Assembly (NCBI GenBank): GCA_963806535.1
Contig: CAWDYC010000004.1
Coordinates: 224,001-288,000 of the forward strand
Length of the DNA stretch: 64,000 nucleotides
From: Candidatus Bathyarchaeota archaeon
Lineage (GTDB): Archaea > Thermoproteota > Bathyarchaeia > Bathyarchaeales > Bathycorpusculaceae
Direction of reading: 5' to 3'
The notes under the pieces are model-generated. The model ran no database searches and was not told where the DNA came from. It saw nothing but the letters and a program-made list of their open reading frames with translations. Shown here one piece after another: positions 10,491 through 18,125 of this stretch (position 1 is its first letter; each line of letters begins with the position of its first letter). Position numbers and translations under genes: made by a program.

Positions 10491-11438
10491 ATGGTGAAAA
10501 ACAAAATGACTCAACTAGTTAACCCGTTAGAGGTTCTCAAATCACTCTCAGAAGCAACAAGCATGCTCATCAAGAAAGTCTCAGAGTCTGTAGTTAGCGT
10601 AAAAGCGCAAATGTCACGCGGCACAGGCGTTGTCTTAACACAAGACGGCTACATCATCACCTGCAACCATGTCCTCCAAGGATGCAACGCAATCAAAATC
10701 GGACAAGGAGAAAAAACATTCAACGCAAAAATCGTTGGAACCGACCCATACAACGACTTAGCCTTGATAAAAGCAGAGAAAGGAGAATTTACACCCATAC
10801 AATTGGCCGATTCAGAAAAACTAAGCGTAGGCCAATATGTTTTGGCTCTCGCTAACCCGTTTAACAGAAATCAGCCAACCGCAACCAGCGGCATGGTAAC
10901 CAGCGTAAACAGCACAATCAGAGGCTGGCGAGGAAGCACACAAATGGAAAACGTCATCGCCACCGACGCACAGCTTAACCCAGGCTTCAGCGGCGGACCA
11001 CTTGTAGATGCAGACGGCAAAATAATCGGCATAAACACAGCTTATGTTTGGCAAAGAGGCATAGCCATTCCAATAAACAAAGTAAAAGCAGTCGCTGACA
11101 GATTAATGACTGGAAAAGTAGCTCAAAAAGGCTACCTCGGCATAATCGCAAACACTGTTGCAATTCCAGAAGAAATCGCTGAACAAGCAGGTTTAGAACA
11201 AGAAAGCGGAGTAATGATATTCTCTGTTGAACCAGGCTCTCCAGCGCGCAAAGCAGGCTTAGCAATGGGCGATGTGCTCGTAAAATTCAATGATAAACCA
11301 GTAACTGACTTCTACGATCTACCAAGATTGCTCGCTGAAGACGTTATCGACAAAGAAACCAAGCTAACCATCATCCGACGAGAAAACCTCATTGAAGTAA
11401 CAATTGTTCCAACAGTTCACGGAGGCGAAGAAGACTGA
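10491..11438 (+). CDS. HtrA/DegP-like S1C serine protease with PDZ domain
   Basis: TCNHV (His), DLAL (Asp), LNPGFSGGPL (Ser); C-terminal PDZ GSPARKAGL. Confidence 0.92.
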   Translation: MVKNKMTQLVNPLEVLKSLSEATSMLIKKVSESVVSVKAQMSRGTGVVLTQDGYIITCNHVLQGCNAIKIGQGEKTFNAKIVGTDPYNDLALIKAEKGEFTPIQLADSEKLSVGQYVLALANPFNRNQPTATSGMVTSVNSTIRGWRGSTQMENVIATDAQLNPGFSGGPLVDADGKIIGINTAYVWQRGIAIPINKVKAVADRLMTGKVAQKGYLGIIANTVAIPEEIAEQAGLEQESGVMIFSVEPGSPARKAGLAMGDVLVKFNDKPVTDFYDLPRLLAEDVIDKETKLTIIRRENLIEVTIVPTVHGGEED

Positions 11439-11664
11439 TAAATCGTATGCCCTTAGAAATTGAACCGCCATCTCCAATGCCAAACCCGCCACTAAGACGC
11501 TCATCCTCATCCTATGCCACAACTAACCAATGCAAGCGCTGTTGCTTCAACGGCCCCTTTTCCATCTGTTTTTGATTAAGAAAGGAAAAGAGCTTTTTCT
11601 TTTTTTGTTTTTTATGAATTATTTTATAAGCAGATTCTAACTATCCACTAATCAAGGTGTTCGT

Positions 11665-12058
11665 ATGCATGCTGGGTTAGCCTTTGTTGTAGGAATTTTA
11701 GTGACCATTGCGGCGTTCCTCTTTTTCGCTGCAATTTCAGGAACAACTTATTATGGCTTAGCAATTTCGGTCGAATTAACCCTTGGAGTGACTCTCATTA
11801 TTGTCGCTTTGATTGTTGCAGCAATATTTTATGTTGGTGTCAAAGCTCAGTTTAGATAGAGTTAAAACAGGGAAAGAAGCCTTAGTCGGGTCCAAAGGTA
11901 TCGCAACGAGCGACTTGAAACCTGAAGGCGAAATACGGGTAATGGGTGAATTCTGGAAAGCTACGGCCAAAGATACCCCAATAGCAGTTGGTCAAGTCGT
12001 GGAAGTTGTCGGTATGGAAGGAATGTTACTTGTCGTAAAACCAGCCTTTACGTCTTGA
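11665..12058 (+). CDS. NfeD-family (short) membrane protein; frameshift near 11857; 3' end is the insertion site of the element
   Basis: TM segments followed by OB-fold TGKEALVG..LKPEGEIRVMGEFWKA..VEVVGMEGMLLVVKP; partner SPFH gene lies beyond the element. Confidence 0.85.
12030..12046 (+). repeat. Left att core
   Basis: TTGTCGTAAAACCAGCC, identical to 17156-17172, encoding VVKPA of NfeD. Confidence 0.95.
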
Positions 12059-12078
12059 TAGATTTCTTGTGTTGTCAT
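12030..12078 (-). CDS. N-terminal fragment of the split integrase (MTTQEIYQDVKAGFTT)
   Basis: ATG at 12078 overlaps the stop of the upstream RHH gene (ATGA); read across the att core it joins the integrase frame at 17155 in the circular form. Confidence 0.8.
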
Positions 12079-12209
12079 TGTTTTTTATCTTCTTTGAAGT
12101 GTTGTTCTAATGCTTGGTTGATGATGTTTGATATGTCGCCTCTTTTGCGGTTTTTTTCTCTTAATTTGTTTTCGTTTTCGGGGGTTATATTAAAAATTAT
12201 TTTTACCAT
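12075..12209 (-). CDS. Small ribbon-helix-helix-like protein (44 aa), not in the ORF track
   Basis: MVKIIFNITPENENKLREKNRKRGDISNIINQALEQHFKEDKKQ: beta strand plus two helices typical of CopG/RHH. Confidence 0.7.
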   Translation of the reverse strand: MVKIIFNITPENENKLREKNRKRGDISNIINQALEQHFKEDKKQ

Positions 12210-12351
12210 TTTGTTTATTCCTTCATTTATTAGAGTTGTAATTGGATAGCTGAATATATAGATATCTTTGTTTTCTTATTATCTAAGATTGGTTTTTCCT
12301 TTGTTGTTTAATTTCTTATTTGTTGATGGTTTTTTATTTTTCAAGTTTTGT

Positions 12352-12456
12352 TAAGTCCCCTTTCTAAGATAGAAGGGGATTTAGGGGCAAGTGTGATAGC
12401 ATACTATAACCTATCTTTTATCAAGAGGTTGGGAAGGAGAGGGATGCTCTCTCCTT
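12352..12456. other. Hairpin cluster in the non-coding region of the element, candidate replication origin
   Basis: Stem-loops at 12352-12383 (TAAGTCCCCTTTCTA/TAGAAGGGGATTTA) and 12434-12456 (AAGGAGAG/CTCTCCTT). Confidence 0.45.
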
Positions 12457-12650
12457 AGTTGTTTTACGTGTGAGTGTCTCTCTCGTTTTTGATGGTTCTG
12501 GGTTTGAGTTAGTTAAATTAGAATATTTTTAGTTTGTTTGTTGGTTTTATTGTATTTTTGTTAGTTTGTAAGTGTGTTTGTTTGTATCTTAATAGTTACG
12601 ATATGTTTAAATTATCATTTGATAAGTTATTAGTCAAGGGGTGATTTAGT

Positions 12651-12746
12651 TTGAAGTGTGAAAGGTGTGGTGTTGAGTTAATCGGGGAAGGTATTGTTTT
12701 CTGTTCTGGTTGTGCAGAAAAAATTTACAGTTCTTTGTCCAGTTAA
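12651..12746 (+). CDS. Tiny zinc-finger protein (31 aa)
   Basis: TTG start with GGGGTGA SD; MKCERCGVELIGEGIVFCSGCAEKIYSSLSS has two CxxC pairs. Confidence 0.55.
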   Translation: MKCERCGVELIGEGIVFCSGCAEKIYSSLSS

Positions 12747-12750
12747 CTTT

Positions 12751-13434
12751 TTAATTTTCTTTTTTTGTTTCTTTGTTTTTTAGTAGCTCTTCAGTGAATT
12801 CTTTTATTAATTCTTTCATTGATCTATCCCAGTTTATGGTTATTTCTTCATTGAGTTTTTCCCAATTTATAGCTGTTTTAGCGTTCAGTTTTGCTTGGTC
12901 TATTATACATTGGTTAATATCTACTTCTTTTATGATTTTGGTTGTTGCTTCTATTAGTATTTGAGTAAACCATTCGTAATTTAGCCATAGATGCAATTTT
13001 GTAAGGGTTTCTATTTCTTTAAGAGGTATATCTTTATGATTTTGAATTGTTTTTAAAAGTCTTATGAAATTGGTTTGATTCCATTTGTTGATTAGGTCTA
13101 AGATAATTAATGGATTGTTTTTTGTTTCCTTTAGTATTGCGTCTATTTTGTTTGAAAATTTTTTCATAATTTCCATTGTTTTTGTGGCTTCTATAATATC
13201 AGATTGGGCTTTGTAGAGGACTGGAATTGGATATTTTTCGCTTTCGATGTCTCTTTTTCTGTCAATTAGACCGTCTTTGGTTAGCTGTTTTAGGTGTTTG
13301 TGTAGTGTTCTTGGGCTTAGTTTGGTAGTTTTTTTTAGGTTGTTGGTTCGGTGCCATTGTCCGTCGGATAGTGCTTTCCAGATTTTTGTTTGTGTTTCGT
13401 AAAATGCTTTTGTGTTTTTGTTTGATTGTATCAT
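12751..13434 (-). CDS. Winged-helix transcription regulator of the element
   Basis: IWKALSDGQWHRTNNLKKTTKLSPRTLHKHLKQLTKDGLI ArsR/HxlR-like HTH. Confidence 0.75.
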   Translation of the reverse strand: MIQSNKNTKAFYETQTKIWKALSDGQWHRTNNLKKTTKLSPRTLHKHLKQLTKDGLIDRKRDIESEKYPIPVLYKAQSDIIEATKTMEIMKKFSNKIDAILKETKNNPLIILDLINKWNQTNFIRLLKTIQNHKDIPLKEIETLTKLHLWLNYEWFTQILIEATTKIIKEVDINQCIIDQAKLNAKTAINWEKLNEEITINWDRSMKELIKEFTEELLKNKETKKEN

Positions 13435-13532
13435 TGTTTTTTACCTTTTTGATGGATGGGTTTACACCTTTTATGAGTTTATGTAGTGTATACTTATTAA
13501 TATTTTCTCGGTTGTTTTTTCGAGGATTAAAT

Positions 13533-13769
13533 ATGGTTAAACTTACTATTGATGTTAAAAAGTTGCTTTTTTTAAAAGTGTTGGTTTTAGTTGTTTCGTC
13601 GGTTTGTTTGTTGGCGATTTCATTGGTTTTTAGTTATGATTATTTTTTTGGATTTGATATTTTGGGTTTTAATCTTAGTTTAGGTTTTTCTGGTTTGCTT
13701 TTCTGTATAGGGATTTTTGAGTTGGCGTGGGCTTTAGCTTTAGTTAGTAGATTTCGGGGGAGAGTTTAA
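13533..13769 (+). CDS. Small two-TM membrane protein
   Basis: ATG at 13533 after GAGGA; two hydrophobic helices and a basic C-terminus. Confidence 0.6.
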   Translation: MVKLTIDVKKLLFLKVLVLVVSSVCLLAISLVFSYDYFFGFDILGFNLSLGFSGLLFCIGIFELAWALALVSRFRGRV

Positions 13770-13770
13770 A

Positions 13771-14430
13771 ATGGTTTCAAAATATATTGCCCTTCCTTTT
13801 ACAATTATTATTTTGCTTAGTATATTTTCGCTTTTAGGGTTAGGTTCTGGTTCATTAACTCAAAGTATGTCTGGTTCTGGTGGATATGGTTCGGGTCAGG
13901 ATGCAAAAAATCCTGGTAATTATACTGGTTGGGTAGATATTTCAGGGCGGTTAATTTTAAATTCTAACGCTGAAGTGGTTGTAAATGATTCTGGTGGTTA
14001 TTTAACATCTGTAACAATCGGCTTCAATTATGGCGGTGGTTTCAATTACTATTGGAACAATGGTACTGGCAAATATTTGTTGACTGAAGTCGGAGCAATC
14101 ACTCAGGGTAATGGTCAAGAGTCAACTGGTGCACTTCAATGGAATTTGAGCACCAGTTTAGGGTTGCTTGTGATTGTGGTTTTGATTATGGGTGTTGGTG
14201 TTGTTGTTGGCTTTCATGTTTTTGGATCAGGTGAAAATGACGTTTCTGTTGGTATGGTGCTGAAAAATACGGGTTTTCTTATGCTTTGGGCGGTTTTTAG
14301 TTCTTTATCGCTTCATTTACTGACACTAATTCCAGATGGGCTTGGTGATATTTTATATTTTGTTTTAACTGGAATGCTAACCATTGGATTAATCGACAGT
14401 ATTGGGCATCCGTCTGGGGGTTATGATTGA
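13771..14430 (+). CDS. Membrane protein: N-terminal hydrophobic helix, Gly/Asn-rich domain, three C-terminal TMs
   Basis: 219-aa ORF packed tightly with its neighbours; hydropathy pattern. Confidence 0.75.
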   Translation: MVSKYIALPFTIIILLSIFSLLGLGSGSLTQSMSGSGGYGSGQDAKNPGNYTGWVDISGRLILNSNAEVVVNDSGGYLTSVTIGFNYGGGFNYYWNNGTGKYLLTEVGAITQGNGQESTGALQWNLSTSLGLLVIVVLIMGVGVVVGFHVFGSGENDVSVGMVLKNTGFLMLWAVFSSLSLHLLTLIPDGLGDILYFVLTGMLTIGLIDSIGHPSGGYD

Positions 14431-14672
14431 TGGGTGCTTCTGTTGTTGTTGGTTCTGTAATTGTGAATAAGGTTGAAAAAGATCGTTTGGCTGTTTGTCC
14501 TTATGCTGAACAGATTGCAGTTCGTTTTGGTGTTCCCCTTTGCCTTTGTTCTTTAGGGTTTGGGGCTTGTCCGTCTCATGGTAGGCGGGCGAAATTTAAG
14601 TTTCATTTTACTGGTTTTGAAGTTGTTTGGGTTTGTGATAGGCTGGATGGGTTTCCAGATTTGGAGCGATGA
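14427..14672 (+). CDS. Small Cys-rich hypothetical protein
   Basis: Overlapping start; CPY..CLC..CP..C residues. Confidence 0.5.
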   Translation: MMGASVVVGSVIVNKVEKDRLAVCPYAEQIAVRFGVPLCLCSLGFGACPSHGRRAKFKFHFTGFEVVWVCDRLDGFPDLER

Positions 14673-14678
14673 TTTTGT

Positions 14679-15869
14679 TTGGGTAAGCGTGAAGAGGATG
14701 AGCTATGGTCTGGTTATGTTTCTTCTTTAGATAAGTCTGAGAGAGTTAAGGCTCGTCAGTGTAAGCATGATTTTGACGTCAAGATGTTTGGTGAGCCTGT
14801 TCATAGATTGACGGGTCAGAAACCTAAAGAGGTTAAGTTTGTTGAAGTTGTTGATGATTCTTCTGAGTCTGAGCCTGATGGTTATGCTCCCATTATTATG
14901 GGTTACCAACGTGTTGGTCATGGTAAAAAGACTAACGATAAGTGTGGTCAATTTATGGGTAATAAGGTTTGTTTGCGTACTGAGTTGCATCATAATAGTT
15001 TGGATGGTTCTATTCATGAGGGTGATGTTTTTGTTCGTAAGAAACATCATCATTGTTTTAATTGGCGTTGTCCAATTTGTTATAAATATTCTTCTGCGGT
15101 TCGTGAAGCTGGCCGTATAAAGCAACGTATTAATGAAGCTTCTAAGCGGTTTGGTGCGAAGCCTGAGCATGGGATTGTTAGTTTTTCAGAGGAAGATAGG
15201 GTTTTGTCTGTGGAAAAGTTGCTTGCTAAAGCTGTTAAGGGTCTTTATGCTCGGGGAATAACAGGTGGTTCTCTTATCCTACATTTGGAGCGTTATCGTT
15301 CTTCTGACTTTGTTCGGGGGGGCATTCGGCATATGAGTGAATGGTATTTTTCGCCTCACGTACATTTTTTGGGTTTTTTTAAAAATGAGTATGGTCGTTG
15401 TCGGAATTGTAAGTGCTATGATGAGTGGGGTTCTAAGAGTACGAAGGGGCATACTCGTCATACTAATCATGGGGGTTCTGCTTGTTTAGGCTGTTCTGGT
15501 TTTGAAGGTTTGACCAGAAGGTTGTATGAGAAGGATGGTTTAATCGTTAAGGTTATGGGTGAGCGAAAGAGTATTTTTGGGACTGCATACTATGAACTTA
15601 ATCATGCTTCGGTTAAGGTTGATAAGAAGCGTTTTCAGATTGTTCATTGGTTTGGTAATTGTAGTAAGCGTAAATTGAAGGTTGTTTTTGAAAAGAATAA
15701 GCAGGTTTGTCCTTGCTGTTTGCATGAGTTGGTTGATGCTCGTTATTTTGGTTCTATGGAGTTTGTAACTTCTTTGGATTCACCTTTTTATGAGCGTGAT
15801 ATGTGGCTTCCAATGAATGAGTATGGTCGTGATGTTTGGGTTGAGAAGGCTACGTGTGGTTCGGGTTAG
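14679..15869 (+). CDS. HUH-superfamily rolling-circle replication initiator-like protein
   Basis: N-terminal Cys/His cluster (C..CPIC), motif-I-like HGIVS, motif II SPHVHFLG, motif-III-like YYELNH, C-terminal CPCC. Confidence 0.75.
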   Translation: MGKREEDELWSGYVSSLDKSERVKARQCKHDFDVKMFGEPVHRLTGQKPKEVKFVEVVDDSSESEPDGYAPIIMGYQRVGHGKKTNDKCGQFMGNKVCLRTELHHNSLDGSIHEGDVFVRKKHHHCFNWRCPICYKYSSAVREAGRIKQRINEASKRFGAKPEHGIVSFSEEDRVLSVEKLLAKAVKGLYARGITGGSLILHLERYRSSDFVRGGIRHMSEWYFSPHVHFLGFFKNEYGRCRNCKCYDEWGSKSTKGHTRHTNHGGSACLGCSGFEGLTRRLYEKDGLIVKVMGERKSIFGTAYYELNHASVKVDKKRFQIVHWFGNCSKRKLKVVFEKNKQVCPCCLHELVDARYFGSMEFVTSLDSPFYERDMWLPMNEYGRDVWVEKATCGSG

Positions 15870-15881
15870 TGGTAACTCTGA

Positions 15882-16163
15882 ATGCTAATGGAGTGTTATT
15901 TGATTATGAAGTATGAAACTTTGAGGAGAATTGAAAAAAATGGTGTTTATATTGCTGAATTTGACCCCAAGGTTCATTGTAAATATAACCCGAATGTTTT
16001 ATGCATTAGATTATATCTTGGTAAGTTTGAGTGTTCTGGTTTTGTTGATAATAAGAAACAGTTTAAGGAAAAACATGAAATGGAAATTGTTTTTTGGCAT
16101 TTGTTTTGTGGTGGTGTTGATGGGTTTTTTGGTTCATTGGTGTTCATATTTATTTGTGTTTAA
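15882..16163 (+). CDS. Hypothetical protein
   Basis: ORF following Rep; boundaries uncertain, overlapping alternative frame. Confidence 0.35.
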   Translation: MLMECYLIMKYETLRRIEKNGVYIAEFDPKVHCKYNPNVLCIRLYLGKFECSGFVDNKKQFKEKHEMEIVFWHLFCGGVDGFFGSLVFIFICV

Positions 16164-16181
16164 ATTGTTTTTATGTTTTGC

Positions 16182-17172
16182 TTATTTTCTTATTCTGAAG
16201 TATTGGTATCCGTCTGCTTCTGTTATTTTCTGGTAGCCTGCGTCTGATAGTTCTATGATGCGTTTTCCTGTGTTTGGTTCTCCTAATTTTACTGCTTCGG
16301 TTTTGTATTCTTCTGGTTCGTCTAAGTTTATGCTTCTTATGTAGCCCAATGTTGTTTCAAGTTGTTTGTGTCTCATAAATCTCATGGTGGCTATTGGGTC
16401 GTGTTTGCCTTCGTGTTTGTAGAATTGTTCTCCTGCGTAGTTTCTTAGGTTTTTTAGGTTTATTAGGTCTAATTCGGGTTTGCATAGTTTTTTTGCTATT
16501 TTTCGTCTGGCTTGTCGCCATGCTTCGCCTTGTGCTTTTGCTTCTGGAAATGGTTGTTCTTTGTTTGTTGTTTTTGATAGGTAAATTCTGAGCATTTCTG
16601 CGGTTTCTGATTTTAGTTTATAGCTTCCGTTGTTGTGTCCTTTTGTGCCTGTTACGGTTAGTTTTCCTTCTTCTTTGTCTATCATTGTTCCTTTTATTCT
16701 GTGTAGTTCTTCGGGTTCTATTGCGGTTTGTGATAGGGTTGTGAATATTGCGGTGTATTTGGTTGATGCCGTGTTTATGATTAGATTCACGTTTTCTTTT
16801 GATGGGATTAGTGGTATTGGGGCTTCGTATTCCATTTTTGGCTTGTCGAATGGGATTTGGTTTTGTTCGCAAAATACGCTGTAATGTTCTAAGATTCTCT
16901 TTTTATAGCCGTTGCTTAGTGTTTTGTTTTTCATGTCGGGTCTTGAGCCTTTTAGCTGTGTTAGAATGTAGAGAAGTGTTTTTGTGCTGTCGAATAGATT
17001 GCAGTTGTCTGCTAATACTGCGAAACTGCTTTGATATTTTGAGATGGTTTGTTGGCTTCTGCCTTTTAGTTTGACTGCTTCGATTGTGTTTTCGATTGCT
17101 GTTTTGGTTCTTTCGTCTAATGGTTTTCTGGCTACTTGTGCGAAATAATGGCGGGTTGTCGTAAAACCAGCC
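16182..17172 (-). CDS. Tyrosine recombinase/integrase, C-terminal fragment (frame open from the att core)
   Basis: KNLR (HxxR position), MRHK..TTLGY (His/Tyr) and GTKG (Lys); the frame stays open 73 codons upstream of ATG 16934 up to the att core. Confidence 0.9.
17156..17172 (+). repeat. Right att core
   Basis: Identical to 12030-12046; followed by GAGCAAAAAGCTTAA, the displaced nfeD end (EQKA-stop). Confidence 0.95.
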
Positions 17173-17222
17173 GAGCAAAAAGCTTAATTCTCCAAACTAC
17201 CGAATACCAATAGAAGGTGTAA

Positions 17223-18092
17223 ATGTTGTCAGAAGTTTTAGCTCCAGTAGTAGGATTCATAGGAATCGTAATTGCTCTTTTTCTGTTAAGCGGTATACGC
17301 GTGCTCAGAGAATGGGAGCGAATGCCCGTTTTAAGACTTGGACGCTATGTCGGTTTAAAAGGTCCTGGAATAATCTATCTTGTTCCATTAATTGACAGAG
17401 CACCACTAAAAATCTCAACGAGATTAGACACTATCCAATTCCGCACAGAATCAACCTTAACCAAAGACAACGTTCCGGTAAATGTTGATTCAGTATTATA
17501 CATGAAACCTGTGGATTTGGAAAAGGCTGTGTTGGCCGTTGAAAATTACTATCAAGCGACTCAATTAGCTTCACAAACGACCTTGCGGGAAGTCATCGGC
17601 AAAGTAAGTCTCAACGAGTTGCTAGCTGAACGGGAAAAAGTTGGAGCGCGCCTGCGAGAAATCATCGATGAAAAAACTGAGTCATGGGGAATCAAAGTTA
17701 CATCCGTTGAAGTCCGAGACGTTATCATCCCTGCCAACCTTCAAGACGCTATGAGCCGCCAAGCACAAGCTGAACGAGAACGAATTGCAAGAGTAACCTT
17801 AGCCACAGCTGAGTTCGAAGCATCGGCAAAAATGATTGAGGCAGCAAAAATGTATGAGGCAAGTCCAGAAGGCTTGAGACTTAGATGGATGAACATACTC
17901 TATGAGTTGGGTCAGCAATCTCAAACAAATACGATAATGTTGGTGCCTGCATCTATGCCCGAGGCAGGTTGGCCGCCAATCGGCACTTACGGCTTCAAAG
18001 ACCTAACCACGGCACAACAAGCTCAAGCGGCAAAGAAGAAGCCATTGGTGAATCAAGAGTCGCCCCCACAAACATCTGAACAACCAGAGTAA
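17223..18092 (+). CDS. SPFH/stomatin (slipin) family protein
   Basis: RLGR..GLKGPG, LTKDNVPVNVD, QTTLREVIG and AMSRQAQAERER. Confidence 0.95.
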   Translation: MLSEVLAPVVGFIGIVIALFLLSGIRVLREWERMPVLRLGRYVGLKGPGIIYLVPLIDRAPLKISTRLDTIQFRTESTLTKDNVPVNVDSVLYMKPVDLEKAVLAVENYYQATQLASQTTLREVIGKVSLNELLAEREKVGARLREIIDEKTESWGIKVTSVEVRDVIIPANLQDAMSRQAQAERERIARVTLATAEFEASAKMIEAAKMYEASPEGLRLRWMNILYELGQQSQTNTIMLVPASMPEAGWPPIGTYGFKDLTTAQQAQAAKKKPLVNQESPPQTSEQPE

Positions 18093-18125
18093 TACTTTTT
18101 TTCTTTTCTTTTTTTGTTTGCAAGT

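Larger units (their letters stand above)
12030..17172. mobile_element. Integrated rolling-circle-type plasmid/provirus, 5126 bp between att cores
   Basis: Perfect 17-bp direct repeat TTGTCGTAAAACCAGCC at both ends; tyrosine integrase; HUH Rep-like gene; abrupt T/G-rich plus-strand composition; interrupts the nfeD-SPFH pair. Confidence 0.93.

Noticed and set aside
12053-12060. CTTGATA resembling the pC194/phiX174 nick site
   Set aside because: A 7-mer expected by chance, lying in the nfeD stop and integrase N-fragment without the surrounding conserved context
16903-17178. ORF-track 91-aa ORF as the frameshifted integrase N-terminus
   Set aside because: The integrase's own frame is already open up to the att core, so this ORF is a shadow frame
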